DNA from: a virus
Taxonomy: Duplodnaviria; Caudoviricetes
Virus record (IMG/VR): IMGVR_UViG_3300042363_000275
Location: 10,862 to 74,861 of that record
Length of the DNA stretch: 64,000 nucleotides
Reading direction: 5' to 3' (one strand)
Under the pieces are notes generated by a model, which was not told the DNA's origin, did not search any database, and saw only the letters and a list, made by a program, of their open reading frames with translations. The position numbers and the translations under genes are program-made. Position 1 is the first letter of the stretch. Each line of letters opens with the position of its first letter. This document shows, one piece after another, positions 62,790 to 64,000 of the stretch.

Positions 62790-62980
62790 ACAGGATACTT
62801 CTCTACATGAGCATTATAAAATCCCTCAACCCTTGCCGCAAGACGCTTCACTTCCTCAATGGTAAAGTGTGTGCCATGCTTGGGATAACATTCAACGATA
62901 TCCTTGGCTAGTTGTCGCAAAAACTGCAGTTCTGTAGTTGTGCCACGAGGCAGCACTTCGAAGTTGCCATTAGACATCAC
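62786..62980 (-). CDS. small hypothetical protein
   Basis: GTG start with SD GGAGG. Confidence 0.6.
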   Translation of the reverse strand: MMSNGNFEVLPRGTTTELQFLRQLAKDIVECYPKHGTHFTIEEVKRLAARVEGFYNAHVEKYPV

Positions 62981-63138
62981 GGACCTCCACTACGCAGAGA
63001 ACGGACTGCATCTTCGCAAATCTTCATAGCATCTTGGAGATTTTTCCGAATCTGCATAAGGTGATAAGACACGACAAGCACTGATACTGAAGTCAACGAA
63101 AGAAGAATGACTGTCAACGAAAGCAATACAACATCCAT
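62977..63138 (-). CDS. small single-TM protein (53 aa, not in ORF track)
   Basis: Hand translation: MDVVLLSLTVILLSLTSVSVLVVSYHLMQIRKNLQDAMKICEDAVRSLRSGGP*. Coupled at both ends (TAATG, GTGA). Confidence 0.6.
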   Translation of the reverse strand: MDVVLLSLTVILLSLTSVSVLVVSYHLMQIRKNLQDAMKICEDAVRSLRSGGP

Positions 63139-63359
63139 TAGACTTTCTCCACAAGTTTAGACAAAGTGTAATCAGCAATTTTGCAACGAATCATTGTCGG
63201 AATATCTGTAAACGGATCTTCCAAGAAATAAGAACATCCATCCTTCCAAGTATTATACTTGACAAACCTCGCAAAATCAACCATATGTTTGCGATTGCGA
63301 GGGTCAAATTGCACTCGCTCTTTTGGAGCAAGAACAGAATGACGATATACATTAGTCAT
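63138..63359 (-). CDS. conserved small hypothetical protein
   Basis: Start trimmed to MTNVYRH (SD AAAGGG). Confidence 0.6.
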   Translation of the reverse strand: MTNVYRHSVLAPKERVQFDPRNRKHMVDFARFVKYNTWKDGCSYFLEDPFTDIPTMIRCKIADYTLSKLVEKV

Positions 63360-63455
63360 GATAATATTTACCCTTTCGTTTGGCGGGAACACAAATTATT
63401 ATACCTGAAATTAATCCACAAAGATAGAAAAAAACATGGAACCAGTGCGGATCAA

Positions 63456-63662
63456 TCACTTGATGCCCCAGTTCCAATCTTCTTCAATCTCGTTCTCGGG
63501 ACCAGCGATATCATCAATCACTTCCCATCCCAATTCAATCAAACGAGATGCAACATGATGAGGGTTTGCGCCGCGCAACTCTTCTGGGGTGAAGACAACA
63601 ACGGAGCAACCCATCTCCTCAAGAGCGCGTGCATGTTCAACAATCTTAGACATGTCAATCAT
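63456..63662 (-). CDS. small acidic hypothetical protein
   Basis: Start trimmed to MIDMSK. Confidence 0.55.
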   Translation of the reverse strand: MIDMSKIVEHARALEEMGCSVVVFTPEELRGANPHHVASRLIELGWEVIDDIAGPENEIEEDWNWGIK

Positions 63663-63663
63663 A

Positions 63664-63894
63664 TCATTGCTCCGAGTTGTATTTACCTTCAATGGGATCA
63701 TGCATAAGGTCATCGTAAGAAACAACCTCATCAGCGTCTGTCACCAACCTCTCGTTTGTTTGCTCATAGAATCCGATTGCCTCATGAACCTGTAGCAATG
63801 AGATACCAAGAGACGTTGCGATCTCAGCCTCCTTCATGCCATCATAGAAATACATCTCGATGATGTCATGAAACAGATCTTTAACACGAGCCAT
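63664..63894 (-). CDS. small hypothetical protein, possible HTH
   Basis: MKEAEIATSLGISLLQVHEAI. Confidence 0.55.
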   Translation of the reverse strand: MARVKDLFHDIIEMYFYDGMKEAEIATSLGISLLQVHEAIGFYEQTNERLVTDADEVVSYDDLMHDPIEGKYNSEQ

Positions 63895-64000
63895 TAGAAC
63901 GGTACTCCTTCGGTAGACATAGGAACTTGATTCAACTCAGCCTGATACTTGCGATCGCCGACAACCAAAAGAAGGTTGCGAGCGCGTTCAAGTTTCTCAG
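63894..64000 (-). CDS. partial CDS (3' end) running off the window
   Basis: Open frame ...EKLERARNLLLVVGDRKYQAELNQVPMSTEGVPF*, whose TAA overlaps the next ATG. Confidence 0.55.
   Translation of the reverse strand, partial: EKLERARNLLLVVGDRKYQAELNQVPMSTEGVPF

Noticed and set aside
63398-63431. Fourth IHF-type early promoter at TATAAT 63403-63398
   Set aside because: There is no acceptable -35 at 17 bp and the IHF-like core is out of phase, so it is not listed as a feature.
86-63795. Plus-strand ORFs in the track (for example 86-625, 4658-5134, 31294-31803, 35223-36030)
   Set aside because: All are shadows antisense to well-supported minus-strand genes or to low-complexity Gly/Thr and collagen repeats. 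They have no motifs or RBS logic.
1-64000. Alternative genetic code or stop-codon reassignment
   Set aside because: Core genes are full length under the standard code, and TAA, TGA and TAG all appear to act as stops.

Overview
This is a 64 kb segment of a large T4-like myovirus genome, and every credible gene lies on the minus strand. The host is inferred to be a Gram-negative proteobacterium, based on the spanins, IHF-type sites, curli secretion genes and plcP. Core T4-like genes are DNA polymerase gp43, UvsX/RecA, helicase gp41 and primase gp61. Class II ribonucleotide reductase, ThyX and a RuvC-like resolvase are also present. Accessory content is rich and falls into seven groups. (1) A plcP-agt-like phospholipid-to-glycolipid remodelling pair sits behind a promoter whose predicted start removes an RBS-sequestering hairpin, with a possible Pho box. 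(2) A late operon links curli secretion (csgF, csgG, curlin-like), FecR, a CHASE2 adenylate cyclase, a secreted nuclease and spanins, behind a structured leader. (3) There are three glycan-biosynthesis clusters, including rmlA/rmlB with a plant/giant-virus-type NRS/ER enzyme and a sugar C-methyltransferase. (4) There are a giant repeat adhesin/fibre and a collagen-like fibre. (5) There is a GH19+M15A dual endolysin. (6) There are probable head-packaged polyproteins with repeated EEVEQxDE linkers. (7) An early region of tiny genes has repeated junction sequences and IHF-phased, leaderless sigma70 promoters. No tRNA, CRISPR array, intron or transposase was recognised. Family assignments come from motif recognition and recalled sequences, not from database searches.
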